Source of the DNA: an uncultured Candidatus Poseidoniales archaeon | GTDB taxonomy: Archaea; Thermoplasmatota; Poseidoniia; Poseidoniales; Poseidoniaceae | DNA length: 64,000 nucleotides | Assembly (NCBI GenBank): GCA_902625885.1 | Contig: CACODE010000008.1 | Coordinates: forward strand, 1,747-65,746 | Direction of reading: 5' to 3' | Shown here: positions 40,001 through 47,962 of the stretch, in pieces | How positions within the stretch are numbered: the first letter of the stretch is position 1 | Layout: each line of letters starts with the position of its first letter | Program-made: the position numbers and the translations under genes | The notes under the pieces: generated by a model | What the model was told of the DNA's origin: nothing | The model's database searches: none | What the model saw: only the letters and a program-made list of their open reading frames with translations

Positions 40001-41002
40001 GACGACCTCAAGAACGTCGGGGAACTTGAGCGTGATCTTCGAAAATTGCAACGGCGCATGGAGAATTTCGGCAACGTCAACATGATGGCGATACAGCAAT
40101 ACGACGAATGTCAAGCCAGGTTGGATTTAATGAAGGACGAGTTCGCAACGCTCCAGACCCGACGCCAACACTTGATTGAGGTCACCGACCAACTCGAATC
40201 CCAACGAAAAGAACGGCTGGTCAACGTTCTGGAAAAAGTCAACGAGAATTTCAAGAAATCCTACAATGAACTCTCCGATGGCGGTCGCGGCGAACTTTTC
40301 CTCGAAAATCCAGACGAGCCGTTCAAAGGCGGTCTCGAACTTTGGGCTCAACCACGCGGTAAATCATCCAAAGTGAGCCGACAACAACTCTCAGGTGGGG
40401 AGCAATCGATGGCGGCCTTGGCGCTGATTTTTGCCATCCAAGATTACGATCCCAGTCCGTTTTACTACTTTGACGAGGTCGATCAAAACCTCGATGCTTA
40501 CAACGCCGAACGCATCGCAAAGATGTGCCGCAAGCGAAGCGAGCGAGCTCAATTCATCATGGTCACGTTGCGTAAAGTGTCCCTCAAACTTGCCGACCAC
40601 CACATCGGCATCACCCACGGCGGTGACGGTTGCAGCCGACGAATCCTTGACTTTGACAGGGAACGCGCCATCGCTCTGGGCGAAGCCGCCCTGAAAGAAG
40701 CGCAGAAGGATGCTGACAAGAACGAGAGCCGCATTATGGACGCCGTGGTTGCCGCACAAGACATGCCGACGGTGCCCGAAGCGCTCGGTGTCCCCCGGAG
40801 TCTCGGAGGGTTACTTACCCACATGCACGATGATGCAGGCGAGGAGGCCAGTCTAGGTGGTTTGGTGGAGCGTACGCAGGAATTGACGGAGGACATCAAC
40901 GAACGGGCGCAAGTCGTCGCTAAACTTGCCGAGATTGACCCGTCCACAGATGGCAGGGTTTCAACCCCTGTTGAACCGGTTTTAGAGGCCGACGAAGAGT
41001 GA
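37100..41002 (+). CDS. smc: Chromosome segregation protein SMC
   Basis: NFKSF, GPNGSGKSN, hinge GRATFLPL and GAMVGG, LSGGE and DEVDQNLD. Confidence 0.97.
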   Translation: MYLKSLEVLNFKSFKGEVTVPLDRGFTAITGPNGSGKSNCGDAIQFVLGPKSNRVIRAQNSTDLIFNGGKNSKPARNCSVTLVFANPVMSNGRRRLPLDKEEIRMSRSIRLTSSNNPVTTYKLNGEDSTQKVFHRLLGAANARPDGYNIVLQGDVTSLAKMTANERRKVLDNVAGVTSYDDEIRKAGKQKDMVENYLDRIGLLEKEQLERLSTLAKERHVAQKAKEVTDAIQTTNAMLLQSRYVTLKNELAFHVDERQKYLDGSDRLLDEHKATEKELLVLDDKIAEIQEEINRLTGGETSELGRAIRDLQVAIELNNDRLAEAAKDEEKEAEETELTEQQLADAREELQAFVVSLETANEALLEAQGQLQEAQDEEARIREALATAGQQNQQLSEAVEAAEHHRERQETHRRDAQSEVDKLAVEADLVSEQMANAQQEAEAIRLALGELDIRLQELKEDAPEYDREALAKQLNDAQRAESQLTEDRTRIEVRLREAERALTLAKAEMEQKSGAKGLAGGASAVLGARDSQELNGIIGTVAELCAPKDAEHEVALATAIGAGMASVVVETDQDAANAIRWLAENRAGRATFLPLNRLSTSRAGGKTVMTARKEGVLGFAHEMLDYDPRIDVAVKFALRNTLIVQNLNIARQYMGGTRFVTLRGDVIESGGAMVGGSKRKMSISFGGRIQGATEVEKYTAEVAKYQLMEQTVNEALREARSNQQELRNKINAMVDDSYATSLRDVNAEKKQVGQAHKKAVEVVAGLNDKLDEIRLSAQESLRALDAADRVLAEANQAFEAAKEALEAASPEHLKERMHAADLLRVSATGAKEKAQEILNSGAGQKALLQRRVDETERRLSDLQDNKEKRIERIDELEATLATDRIALKEKKDEQAVYLEENQGLEQERQELTDQRATLRVRNEERLEKAQNHRRMAQELMRTISEKEAEVQLMGQELIDANLSLNQLPDDLKNVGELERDLRKLQRRMENFGNVNMMAIQQYDECQARLDLMKDEFATLQTRRQHLIEVTDQLESQRKERLVNVLEKVNENFKKSYNELSDGGRGELFLENPDEPFKGGLELWAQPRGKSSKVSRQQLSGGEQSMAALALIFAIQDYDPSPFYYFDEVDQNLDAYNAERIAKMCRKRSERAQFIMVTLRKVSLKLADHHIGITHGGDGCSRRILDFDRERAIALGEAALKEAQKDADKNESRIMDAVVAAQDMPTVPEALGVPRSLGGLLTHMHDDAGEEASLGGLVERTQELTEDINERAQVVAKLAEIDPSTDGRVSTPVEPVLEADEE

Positions 41003-41011
41003 TGTGAAAAC

Positions 41012-42235
41012 ATGGTAGAACAGCAGAGCGTCCTCGATCGATGGTTCCTCCAGCAGGAGGTCATCGAGCAACTCCTCGGCCAAGGGGAGGACCGAGAAGA
41101 CGCCGAGCAATTCGGAAAGCGCATTGCGAGCATTGCGGCAACCGAAGAGGCGGAACACCAAAGCCTGCACGATCCGTTCGACCGTTCCGTGGCCCTCGTC
41201 CTTTCTCTGGTTAGGGAGGAGGCCTTCAATCCGTGGGACGTGGACCTGTCCGCCTTTCTCAGCGTGTTCGCTGAGCGTGTAAAGGAGGGTGAAAACCTCG
41301 ATTTACCTGCTTGCGGGAGGCTCATTCGCTTGTCCTGGGAGGTGCTCCACCACCAATCAGCGGACCTCTTTGAAAAAATCCAACCTGTTGAGGAAGAAAC
41401 ATGGGACGAAGGTCCTGCCTTCGGCTGGGAAAGCGATTATGACGATGAAGCTTTTTTCTTCACCCAATCGGTTCTGGACGGCAACGCAGACGATGTCCTC
41501 AACACCCTGTTTGACGAGCGTGTTCGTCGGGATGAAGGGCGGCCCGTAACGCTCGCCGAACTGCTTTCGGCGTTCAAAGATGCGGCAGATGATGCAGAGG
41601 CGCTCAAGCAGAGAGAAATCAATCGTCTTGAGCATGAGCGTGAGTTGAGTGAATACCTGGAAAACGTCGGCGGGCGCATGCACAACGAGGATCTTGAAGG
41701 GGACATTGAACGCTGTTGGAACGCCCTAAAATCGGCCTGCGAAGAGCAGCAGGCTCGCATCGTGCCATTGGTGAGCGTGATTGGAAAACTCAAGCCGATG
41801 TTGCTCGCAACGTTCGGGACTTCGTTTGAAGATCCCGACAGCGAGGCTTTCGTCGCCTCGTTTATTGCGGGCCTCTTTCTCACGCATCGACGCATGGCCA
41901 GCATCACGCAAGAAGGTGAAGCGGTGGCCAACATCATGATCGAGGATTTGTGGCCCAACGTGAACGACTTCGCGGAAGTCTTGGCGTCTGTTGAATCCTT
42001 GATGGCAGAAGACGCCGAAGCCTTGACGGGACAGGCCACCGGCTACCAGCATCGCATGGAGGCCATTGCGCACAGGGCCCGTGTTGCTGAAGAGAAAGAA
42101 GCCAGACGTCAAGCAAGGTTGGCAGCAAAGGCCGCCAAAGAGGAGGGGGTAGCAGAACCCCCTGCTCACGATGAAGAACCAGCGGTGCCGGACGCATCTC
42201 GGTTGCTGGATGAACACGATTGGCTGGTGGAGTGA
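41012..42235 (+). CDS. scpA: Kleisin ScpA
   Basis: FNPWDVDL, DLPACGRLI, RPVTLAELL and FIAGLFL; lies between smc and scpB. Confidence 0.88.
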   Translation: MVEQQSVLDRWFLQQEVIEQLLGQGEDREDAEQFGKRIASIAATEEAEHQSLHDPFDRSVALVLSLVREEAFNPWDVDLSAFLSVFAERVKEGENLDLPACGRLIRLSWEVLHHQSADLFEKIQPVEEETWDEGPAFGWESDYDDEAFFFTQSVLDGNADDVLNTLFDERVRRDEGRPVTLAELLSAFKDAADDAEALKQREINRLEHERELSEYLENVGGRMHNEDLEGDIERCWNALKSACEEQQARIVPLVSVIGKLKPMLLATFGTSFEDPDSEAFVASFIAGLFLTHRRMASITQEGEAVANIMIEDLWPNVNDFAEVLASVESLMAEDAEALTGQATGYQHRMEAIAHRARVAEEKEARRQARLAAKAAKEEGVAEPPAHDEEPAVPDASRLLDEHDWLVE

Positions 42236-42244
42236 GGGAGAAAG

Positions 42245-42868
42245 ATGGCAGAACTTCCACTTGAATCTCTCATTGAAGCGACCTTGTTCAGTTCGGGGAA
42301 ATCGATGTCCGTTGAGGAGTTGTCGACGGTGCTCGGTTACGATGAGGACGAGATGTTGGACTCCCTTGGTTCATTGCAGGCCACTCTTAAACGTCGCAAA
42401 GGCGGCGCCCTTCAATTGGCTGAAGTGGGTGATCGTTGGGCCCTTGAAGTAAAACCCGCCATCGCCTCGCACCTCCCTCGGGGAACAAAAACGGACATGC
42501 CGCCCAAACTCCTCAAAGCGGCAGCGCTCATCGCTTACCATCAGCCTATGCCGCAATCGAGGCTTGTTGAGTTGTTGGGTCAGAAGGCTTACGATTACGT
42601 TCGAGAACTCGCCCAACACGGGATGATCGATCGCCGAAAAGACGGTAACACCCGGCGACTTGCCACAACAAGAAGGTTCTCTGAGGCCTTTGGATGCCCC
42701 CACACGGACCGGAAGAAAGTGAAGGCTTGGTTCCGAGAACAGGTCCAATCCAGCGGTCTGCTCGACGAACTCGGGGATCGGCAGGAAATCCTGCGGGAAG
42801 ACTCGGTGTCAGAAGGTACCGTCCAATCTTCGTTGCCTGTTGAGGACGGCGGTGTCGATCAACCTTGA
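42245..42868 (+). CDS. scpB: Kite subunit ScpB
   Basis: IEATLFSSG, ALIAYHQP, AYDYVREL and TTRRFSEAFG. Confidence 0.92.
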   Translation: MAELPLESLIEATLFSSGKSMSVEELSTVLGYDEDEMLDSLGSLQATLKRRKGGALQLAEVGDRWALEVKPAIASHLPRGTKTDMPPKLLKAAALIAYHQPMPQSRLVELLGQKAYDYVRELAQHGMIDRRKDGNTRRLATTRRFSEAFGCPHTDRKKVKAWFREQVQSSGLLDELGDRQEILREDSVSEGTVQSSLPVEDGGVDQP

Positions 42869-44157
42869 CGCATTTCTTCAAGCCACGTCTCAACGAGGCT
42901 TTGTGTGCGGTGCCCTTCGTGAGCCTGAAGACGAGAGGCAAGGGCTTCGATTTCATCGCCCACGGCACCAGCGCTAACGGCCATGTTCTTTGCGTGCAGT
43001 TTCATGTGCCCTGCCTGGATGCCCTTGGTGGAAAGCGCACGCAAGGCTCCTAGATTTTGAGCGAGTCCAGCGCACAGCATGATGCCCGCCAGTTCTTGTG
43101 CGGTTTCAACACCGAGAATGGCGAGGTTGGCCCTTGCGGCCGGGTGGACTTTGGAAGCACCACCAACAATGCCGACCGCCATCGGGAGCACCATGGAACC
43201 CACAAGGTTCCCTTGACTGTCCTTCCTCCAATCCGACATCGACGTGTAGCGTCCATCGGCCATGGTTGTCCATGCGTGGCAACCGGCCTCCACCGCCCGC
43301 CAGTCCTGTCCGCACGCCAAAGCGACGCTGCTGATGGCGTTCATCACGCCTTTGTTGTGGGTGGTGGCGCGGTAGGGATCTTCCACGGCGAACGCATGCG
43401 CTTCGAGGATGCCGTCAATAACGTCTGCACCATCTGCCGCCGAGCCGTTTGAGGCCATCTCTTCGGGTGTAAACACGGCCCGAACACGGGCCAACCTGTG
43501 GCCGGCCAGGTTGGAAAGGATGCGGAGGTGAGCCCTCCCGCCGCTCAATTCTTCGAGCTTTGGGGCCACGCGCTCAGCCATCGTGTTGACGGCGTTGGCC
43601 CCCATGGCGTCTCGACAATCAACGATCAAGTGGACGATGAGCATGGTCCCTAGGGCAGTGTTGAGTCGCCGAACCTCAATGTTTTTGCATCCTCCACCCA
43701 GCGCAATCATACGCGATGGGACATCGTTGCAAAAGGCCACCAATTCGTCCGTTGAGTCAACAATACGTGATTCTGCTGCCTCGATATCGTCCACTTCAAG
43801 GAGTTGGACTTGACCAATCATCAACGGCTGGTCGTTGTCGGTTTGAAACCCGCCGTGTTGAAGGCATCGCTTCGCCATGTTTGAGGCCGCAGCGACCACG
43901 CTTGACTCTTCCAGGCAAAACGGAATGAGGTAGGGCTTGCCGTCGATGACGAAATTGGTGGCCACGCCCACGGGCAGCGACATCGTTCCAATCACGTTCT
44001 CAATCATGCGGTCGGCAGCGGTTTCGTCCAATTCACCATGGGCCGCAAGGGCGTTGACCTGCTCTTCTGTGAGGTCGGCCGCTTTCGCCACCAGTTTCCT
44101 GCGTTCTTCGACGGACAAGTTGTACAATCCTTTGATGCGACTGTTCTCGACCGGCAT
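42859..44157 (-). CDS. mvaA: Class II HMG-CoA reductase
   Basis: MIENVIG, EESSVVAAAS, DAMGANAVNTMAE, RATTHNKG and GIQAGHMKLH. Confidence 0.95.
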   Translation of the reverse strand: MPVENSRIKGLYNLSVEERRKLVAKAADLTEEQVNALAAHGELDETAADRMIENVIGTMSLPVGVATNFVIDGKPYLIPFCLEESSVVAAASNMAKRCLQHGGFQTDNDQPLMIGQVQLLEVDDIEAAESRIVDSTDELVAFCNDVPSRMIALGGGCKNIEVRRLNTALGTMLIVHLIVDCRDAMGANAVNTMAERVAPKLEELSGGRAHLRILSNLAGHRLARVRAVFTPEEMASNGSAADGADVIDGILEAHAFAVEDPYRATTHNKGVMNAISSVALACGQDWRAVEAGCHAWTTMADGRYTSMSDWRKDSQGNLVGSMVLPMAVGIVGGASKVHPAARANLAILGVETAQELAGIMLCAGLAQNLGALRALSTKGIQAGHMKLHAKNMAVSAGAVGDEIEALASRLQAHEGHRTQSLVETWLEEMRQG

Positions 44158-44230
44158 GGGGCTCCCGTGCAAAGGGTAGCGGAAACTTCCTTTCAATCAA
44201 TCGCTAAAAAGCGCCTTTTCTCCGCCTCTT

Positions 44231-44335
44231 CTAACGCGTCTAACGCTAAAATTAACGCGTTAAATTGCCGTTATTCTCGTGTTAAACATGCCGAAATACC
44301 TCTGCCCGTGACACGGTTAACGGTTCGTAACGGTC
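44231..44335. repeat. Intergenic array of TAACG/CGTTA boxes including the palindrome TTAACGCGTTAA
   Basis: TAACG at 44232, 44241, 44253, 44318 and 44328; CGTTA at 44258 and 44269; palindrome at 44252-44263. Confidence 0.8.
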
Positions 44336-44391
44336 GTCCTGAACACCACGAGTGTATGAAACATCATATACTTGGAAAGAATTGTTCGGGC

Positions 44392-46224
44392 ATGGTTCGG
44401 GAAACCCACGCTTACGGATTGCCCACACTTGAGGAGAACCCGTTTTCAATACGCCCGCTCGAAGCCGGTGAGTCGGGCAAACTCATCGGGCGAGACGACG
44501 TGTTCAACCGCTTGCAGAACTACCTGAGGCTGCGTTCAGCGAGGCGGGTCATGCTCGTCGGACCTCTCGGGTCGGGCCGAACCTCCCTTGCTCGTTGCCT
44601 GAGGGTCTACTCCGGAGCCTACGCCACCATCGACCACCTGCCAGCACAATCACCAGCCACCGCCCTCCTGAGGATGTGCTATCAACAGATGATTGGTGGC
44701 GAACCGCCCCACGACAGAATGGAACTGGTCAACGATTTGGTTAACGAGATGTACAGTTTTAACGACAAATTGCCGATGATCGTCATCGACATGCCAGCAA
44801 GCGACCTTTCTGTCCTCGATGTTGCGCTTCGAGATGCACACTCTTCGCTTGAACGGCTGAATGCCCTGTTGGTGCTGGTCTGCGATGTCAAGGAACGGCA
44901 TCAACTCCCGTCGACGGTGATTGACGCCTTCGAAACCTACCGCTTGTCGCCGTTTACCGCTGGGGACGTGGTTGGCTTGGTTCGTCAACGGTTGGCGTCG
45001 ATAGGCGTTATGGACAGCGAATTTTCCATGGCCGACGCTACCAAGATTCTCGAGGAGTGCGACGGTTATCCGGCCTCCGTTATCACCATCTTGCGGGATG
45101 CCGTGGACGTTATCCGCATGCGACAATCCAACGAACCGTCCGCGCCCTACCTTGATTCATCGGCGAAGATACAACCTCGAGACGAGCCCGAATCGCTCCG
45201 TCGTTTGATGGGGGCGCCGGAAGAACCTGGTTTCAGTGCCGCTGAACCCGTTGCAACCAAACTGGGTGAAGAAGCGCATGAAGACCATGCACTGACCGGC
45301 GAGGTGATTGACGCCTCGACGCCTTGGCAACATCGCGACAACATAGAACAAAAAACGCGAGCCACTGTGCCGCAAGACGAACCAGCCATGGGCTTCGACC
45401 TTGACTTTGGAGAACTGGAAGAGGCCAAAGAAAACGATGAACCGCTCCATCCGACGCCGTTCGATACCCCCATCATTGACGCAAGCGCCACTTTAGGGAG
45501 CTCCTATGCGCCGGTAGAAGGCACATTTGGAAACCTGGCCCGCCGGAACAAGGATGCGAAATTGGCGAGCGACCCCGTGAAGGAGCCAACGAGCACGAAC
45601 AGCCACGAGCTGGTTGACGACGCAGACGAGTATCAGTATTGGGTGAACGAACCCGTGAACACCATCGACGAAACGGCAAGCGTGCCGGACGCTGAATCTT
45701 CGGTGTTGTTGCACGACGAGGTCGGCTTTGTGGAGGATTCACCAGCCCCGTTCGAAGAGGACCACGCAATCGGTATCGGTCCAGACCCGACAACACCGTT
45801 TAGCGCGATCACCGATGCATCGGTCAAAGACACACTCTCCCAGCTGTTGGCGTTGCTTCAGAGCCCAGCGCCCTCGCCCTCTCATCACGCTGGGTTGTTG
45901 GCCTTTTTCCGGGAGCGTTATCATGAGCGGCCGGGCAAGAACGAATCCTTTGCGTTGAACAAAATCGCCCTAAGTTCCTTGAACCCCTCTGAAAGCTACG
46001 TCATTTCGGTGGCTCACCTGCGCCATTTCTCCCCGTCGGACGAGAGTATGCTCGACCATCTTAGCATCAAACGGGCCCGTTTATCCCAGATCAGTAACCG
46101 ACTTCTCAAAAACGGTATTCTTCAGGTAAGGAGGGTCGGAAAGAAAAGAAAGTATTCACTTACTCAGGCCGCAAGAGCCCAACTGATAGCCTGGGGGGCC
46201 ATCACTGGAGGTGAGGTAGTATGA
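44392..46224 (+). CDS. Degenerate AAA+/P-loop protein with acidic linker and C-terminal winged HTH
   Basis: ENPF...LIGRDD...GPLGSGRTS and IVIDMP. C-terminal 'HLSIKRARLSQISNRLLKNGILQVRRVGKKRKYSLT'. Confidence 0.72.
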   Translation: MVRETHAYGLPTLEENPFSIRPLEAGESGKLIGRDDVFNRLQNYLRLRSARRVMLVGPLGSGRTSLARCLRVYSGAYATIDHLPAQSPATALLRMCYQQMIGGEPPHDRMELVNDLVNEMYSFNDKLPMIVIDMPASDLSVLDVALRDAHSSLERLNALLVLVCDVKERHQLPSTVIDAFETYRLSPFTAGDVVGLVRQRLASIGVMDSEFSMADATKILEECDGYPASVITILRDAVDVIRMRQSNEPSAPYLDSSAKIQPRDEPESLRRLMGAPEEPGFSAAEPVATKLGEEAHEDHALTGEVIDASTPWQHRDNIEQKTRATVPQDEPAMGFDLDFGELEEAKENDEPLHPTPFDTPIIDASATLGSSYAPVEGTFGNLARRNKDAKLASDPVKEPTSTNSHELVDDADEYQYWVNEPVNTIDETASVPDAESSVLLHDEVGFVEDSPAPFEEDHAIGIGPDPTTPFSAITDASVKDTLSQLLALLQSPAPSPSHHAGLLAFFRERYHERPGKNESFALNKIALSSLNPSESYVISVAHLRHFSPSDESMLDHLSIKRARLSQISNRLLKNGILQVRRVGKKRKYSLTQAARAQLIAWGAITGGEVV

Positions 46225-47273
46225 CCTGGAACATTGCGTGGTCCTGGCAAGCCGATGCCAGAATCGCCACGATAGCAGCGGTAGAAGGGGGTATTTTGGT
46301 GAGTTCAGGTCTTCAACTGCAATTGCTAGAGGCCAATGGAAAAGTTCGCTGGGACGTGGAGGTGCCGTTCAAAGTGCATGCAGCAAAAGCATCGCATGGA
46401 ACCATCGGCCTTCTGGCTGCCCATGGTTTCTATCTGATGAACACGGCAGACGGCAGCATGGTTAACGAAGGGCGCAGTGCACCTGGTGGCTTCAGCGATC
46501 TCTGCTCACGGCCGGGTGGCGGTTGGGCACTGGCCGGCAGGCGAGGCGAAATACATCTTTTCTCGCAACACGGTAGGGGCATCCGTCGCGTTGACAGCGG
46601 TCCCGTTCGCCGACTCATTGGTTGGCTTGACAGAGAACACCTCCTCTGGCAGGACCCCAGCGGCCTGTTGTGGTGCGGTCGTTTGACGGGCGACGATCGA
46701 AAGCGGAAACTGGAAGACCGGTCGTGGAGTTGGTGTTCGAACCTGGAAGAAGGACGGTTGTTGCTACAAAGCAGCGACGGCGCTCTCTGGGAGGGTGTTC
46801 CGCACCCGTTCGGTTGGGACATGCTCAACCGACTTGAAAGCGACAGCATGGAGCCCATGAACGCCGTTCGAAGCGGCGACGGTTGGTGGGTTCTGGGTAT
46901 CGAAGGTCATCTTGTATCCATGACCGAGCGAACACCCGAAGAGAGCGAACAGACGGCGCTGACCCAAAGCATGAACCTCGGTGATTTGATTGTCCTTTGC
47001 ACTCCGGATGCGATGGCCACAGCGACCCGAGAGGGCTTGGTACGAAGATGGACGGCACCCCACCTCGCCGACGCTGAACGGGAAGGCCGCTACAAAGCGG
47101 CTGCGGAGGCAGCCATGGCCAGAAATTGGGAAGAGCGTCGTCAGATGTTTCTGCGGGCTCAGGAAGCCGAAGACCTTGGGAAATTATCGCTCGCCATTGA
47201 ACTCTACGAGGCGCTCGGTCGGACAGAAGACGCTCGCCGCCTGTTGGTGAGGCAAAAGGAGGGTGGAGAGTGA
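46221..47273 (+). CDS. Trp-rich beta-propeller-like protein with C-terminal helical (TPR-like) tail
   Basis: Repeated short beta/W motifs (NGKVRW, DGALWEG) and the tail 'AQEAEDLGKLSLAIELYEALG'; ATGA overlap with the upstream gene. Confidence 0.6.
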   Translation: MTWNIAWSWQADARIATIAAVEGGILVSSGLQLQLLEANGKVRWDVEVPFKVHAAKASHGTIGLLAAHGFYLMNTADGSMVNEGRSAPGGFSDLCSRPGGGWALAGRRGEIHLFSQHGRGIRRVDSGPVRRLIGWLDREHLLWQDPSGLLWCGRLTGDDRKRKLEDRSWSWCSNLEEGRLLLQSSDGALWEGVPHPFGWDMLNRLESDSMEPMNAVRSGDGWWVLGIEGHLVSMTERTPEESEQTALTQSMNLGDLIVLCTPDAMATATREGLVRRWTAPHLADAEREGRYKAAAEAAMARNWEERRQMFLRAQEAEDLGKLSLAIELYEALGRTEDARRLLVRQKEGGE

Positions 47274-47569
47274 ATCCTGAATTGACCACGCTGACCGTTG
47301 AACGTGTTGCTTCTTATCTGGACATCACACGACGTGCAAGAAAAAAAGCAACACCCCTGGTGGAAGAGGGTTCACCAGAGGAAGGGCAGCTCAACACCAT
47401 GTTGCGAATGGCAGACGATTACGCTGCTGATGCTCAGTATTTCCTTGAAAACGGGGATCTTGTTCGTTCGTTTGGGGCCATCAATTACGCACACGCATGG
47501 ATTGATGCAGGTGTGAAAATTGGTTGGCTAAACGGGCACGAAGACGACGTTCTTTTCACGCTACCTTGA
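47270..47569 (+). CDS. DUF357 protein
   Basis: MADDYAADAQYFLENGDLVRSFGAINYAHAWIDAG. Confidence 0.9.
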   Translation: MNPELTTLTVERVASYLDITRRARKKATPLVEEGSPEEGQLNTMLRMADDYAADAQYFLENGDLVRSFGAINYAHAWIDAGVKIGWLNGHEDDVLFTLP

Positions 47570-47574
47570 CGGCT

Positions 47575-47952
47575 CTATAGAGAATCGACAAGGTAGAGGT
47601 GGCTGTTTTGCCTGACCTCAACAATTCGCAAATTGGCTTCATAGAGCCGACGCTTCAGTGCTGTGTCGACCGTCAGGGTCGCCCACTGGTTGTCAAGTGC
47701 GCATCGAAACAGGTCGTCGTCCGCATGTTTGCTGTTGAACCTCCGGTTGGTGACGGATTTTGCCCTCAACAGGTCGAGAAGGAGCGGTTTGCTCTTCTTT
47801 CGGTTGGCTTCCAACCGTTCAAGTTCCTTCTCTACACTCTCCAACAAGACCCAAACGCACGGACCGAGGAGAGCTTCCAATTCCCGTTCCGTGTTGAGGT
47901 TGGCGTCAATACATGCCACCCATCCGCACGCATCGATAAGCACGTGCTGCAT
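47575..47952 (-). CDS. PIN-domain protein (Fcf1-like)
   Basis: VLID..., SVEKEL, ADDDL and TVDTALKRR; occupies the usual position after aIF2-gamma. Confidence 0.8.
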   Translation of the reverse strand: MQHVLIDACGWVACIDANLNTERELEALLGPCVWVLLESVEKELERLEANRKKSKPLLLDLLRAKSVTNRRFNSKHADDDLFRCALDNQWATLTVDTALKRRLYEANLRIVEVRQNSHLYLVDSL

Positions 47953-47962
47953 CGAATTCCCC

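Noticed and set aside
44172-44195. ORB-like AGCGGAAAC near the TAACG array
   Set aside because: Single partial match lacking the TTCCA half and the G-string; likely chance.
44231-44335. CRISPR mini-array or ncRNA
   Set aside because: The repeats are only 5-8 bp with no repeat-spacer periodicity and no cas genes. No tRNA-like fold is evident.
44038-44391. N-terminal extension of the AAA-wHTH ORF given in the ORF track (728 aa)
   Set aside because: It overlaps mvaA head-to-head and translates the repeat array. The ATG at 44392, just before the ENPF motif, is more plausible.
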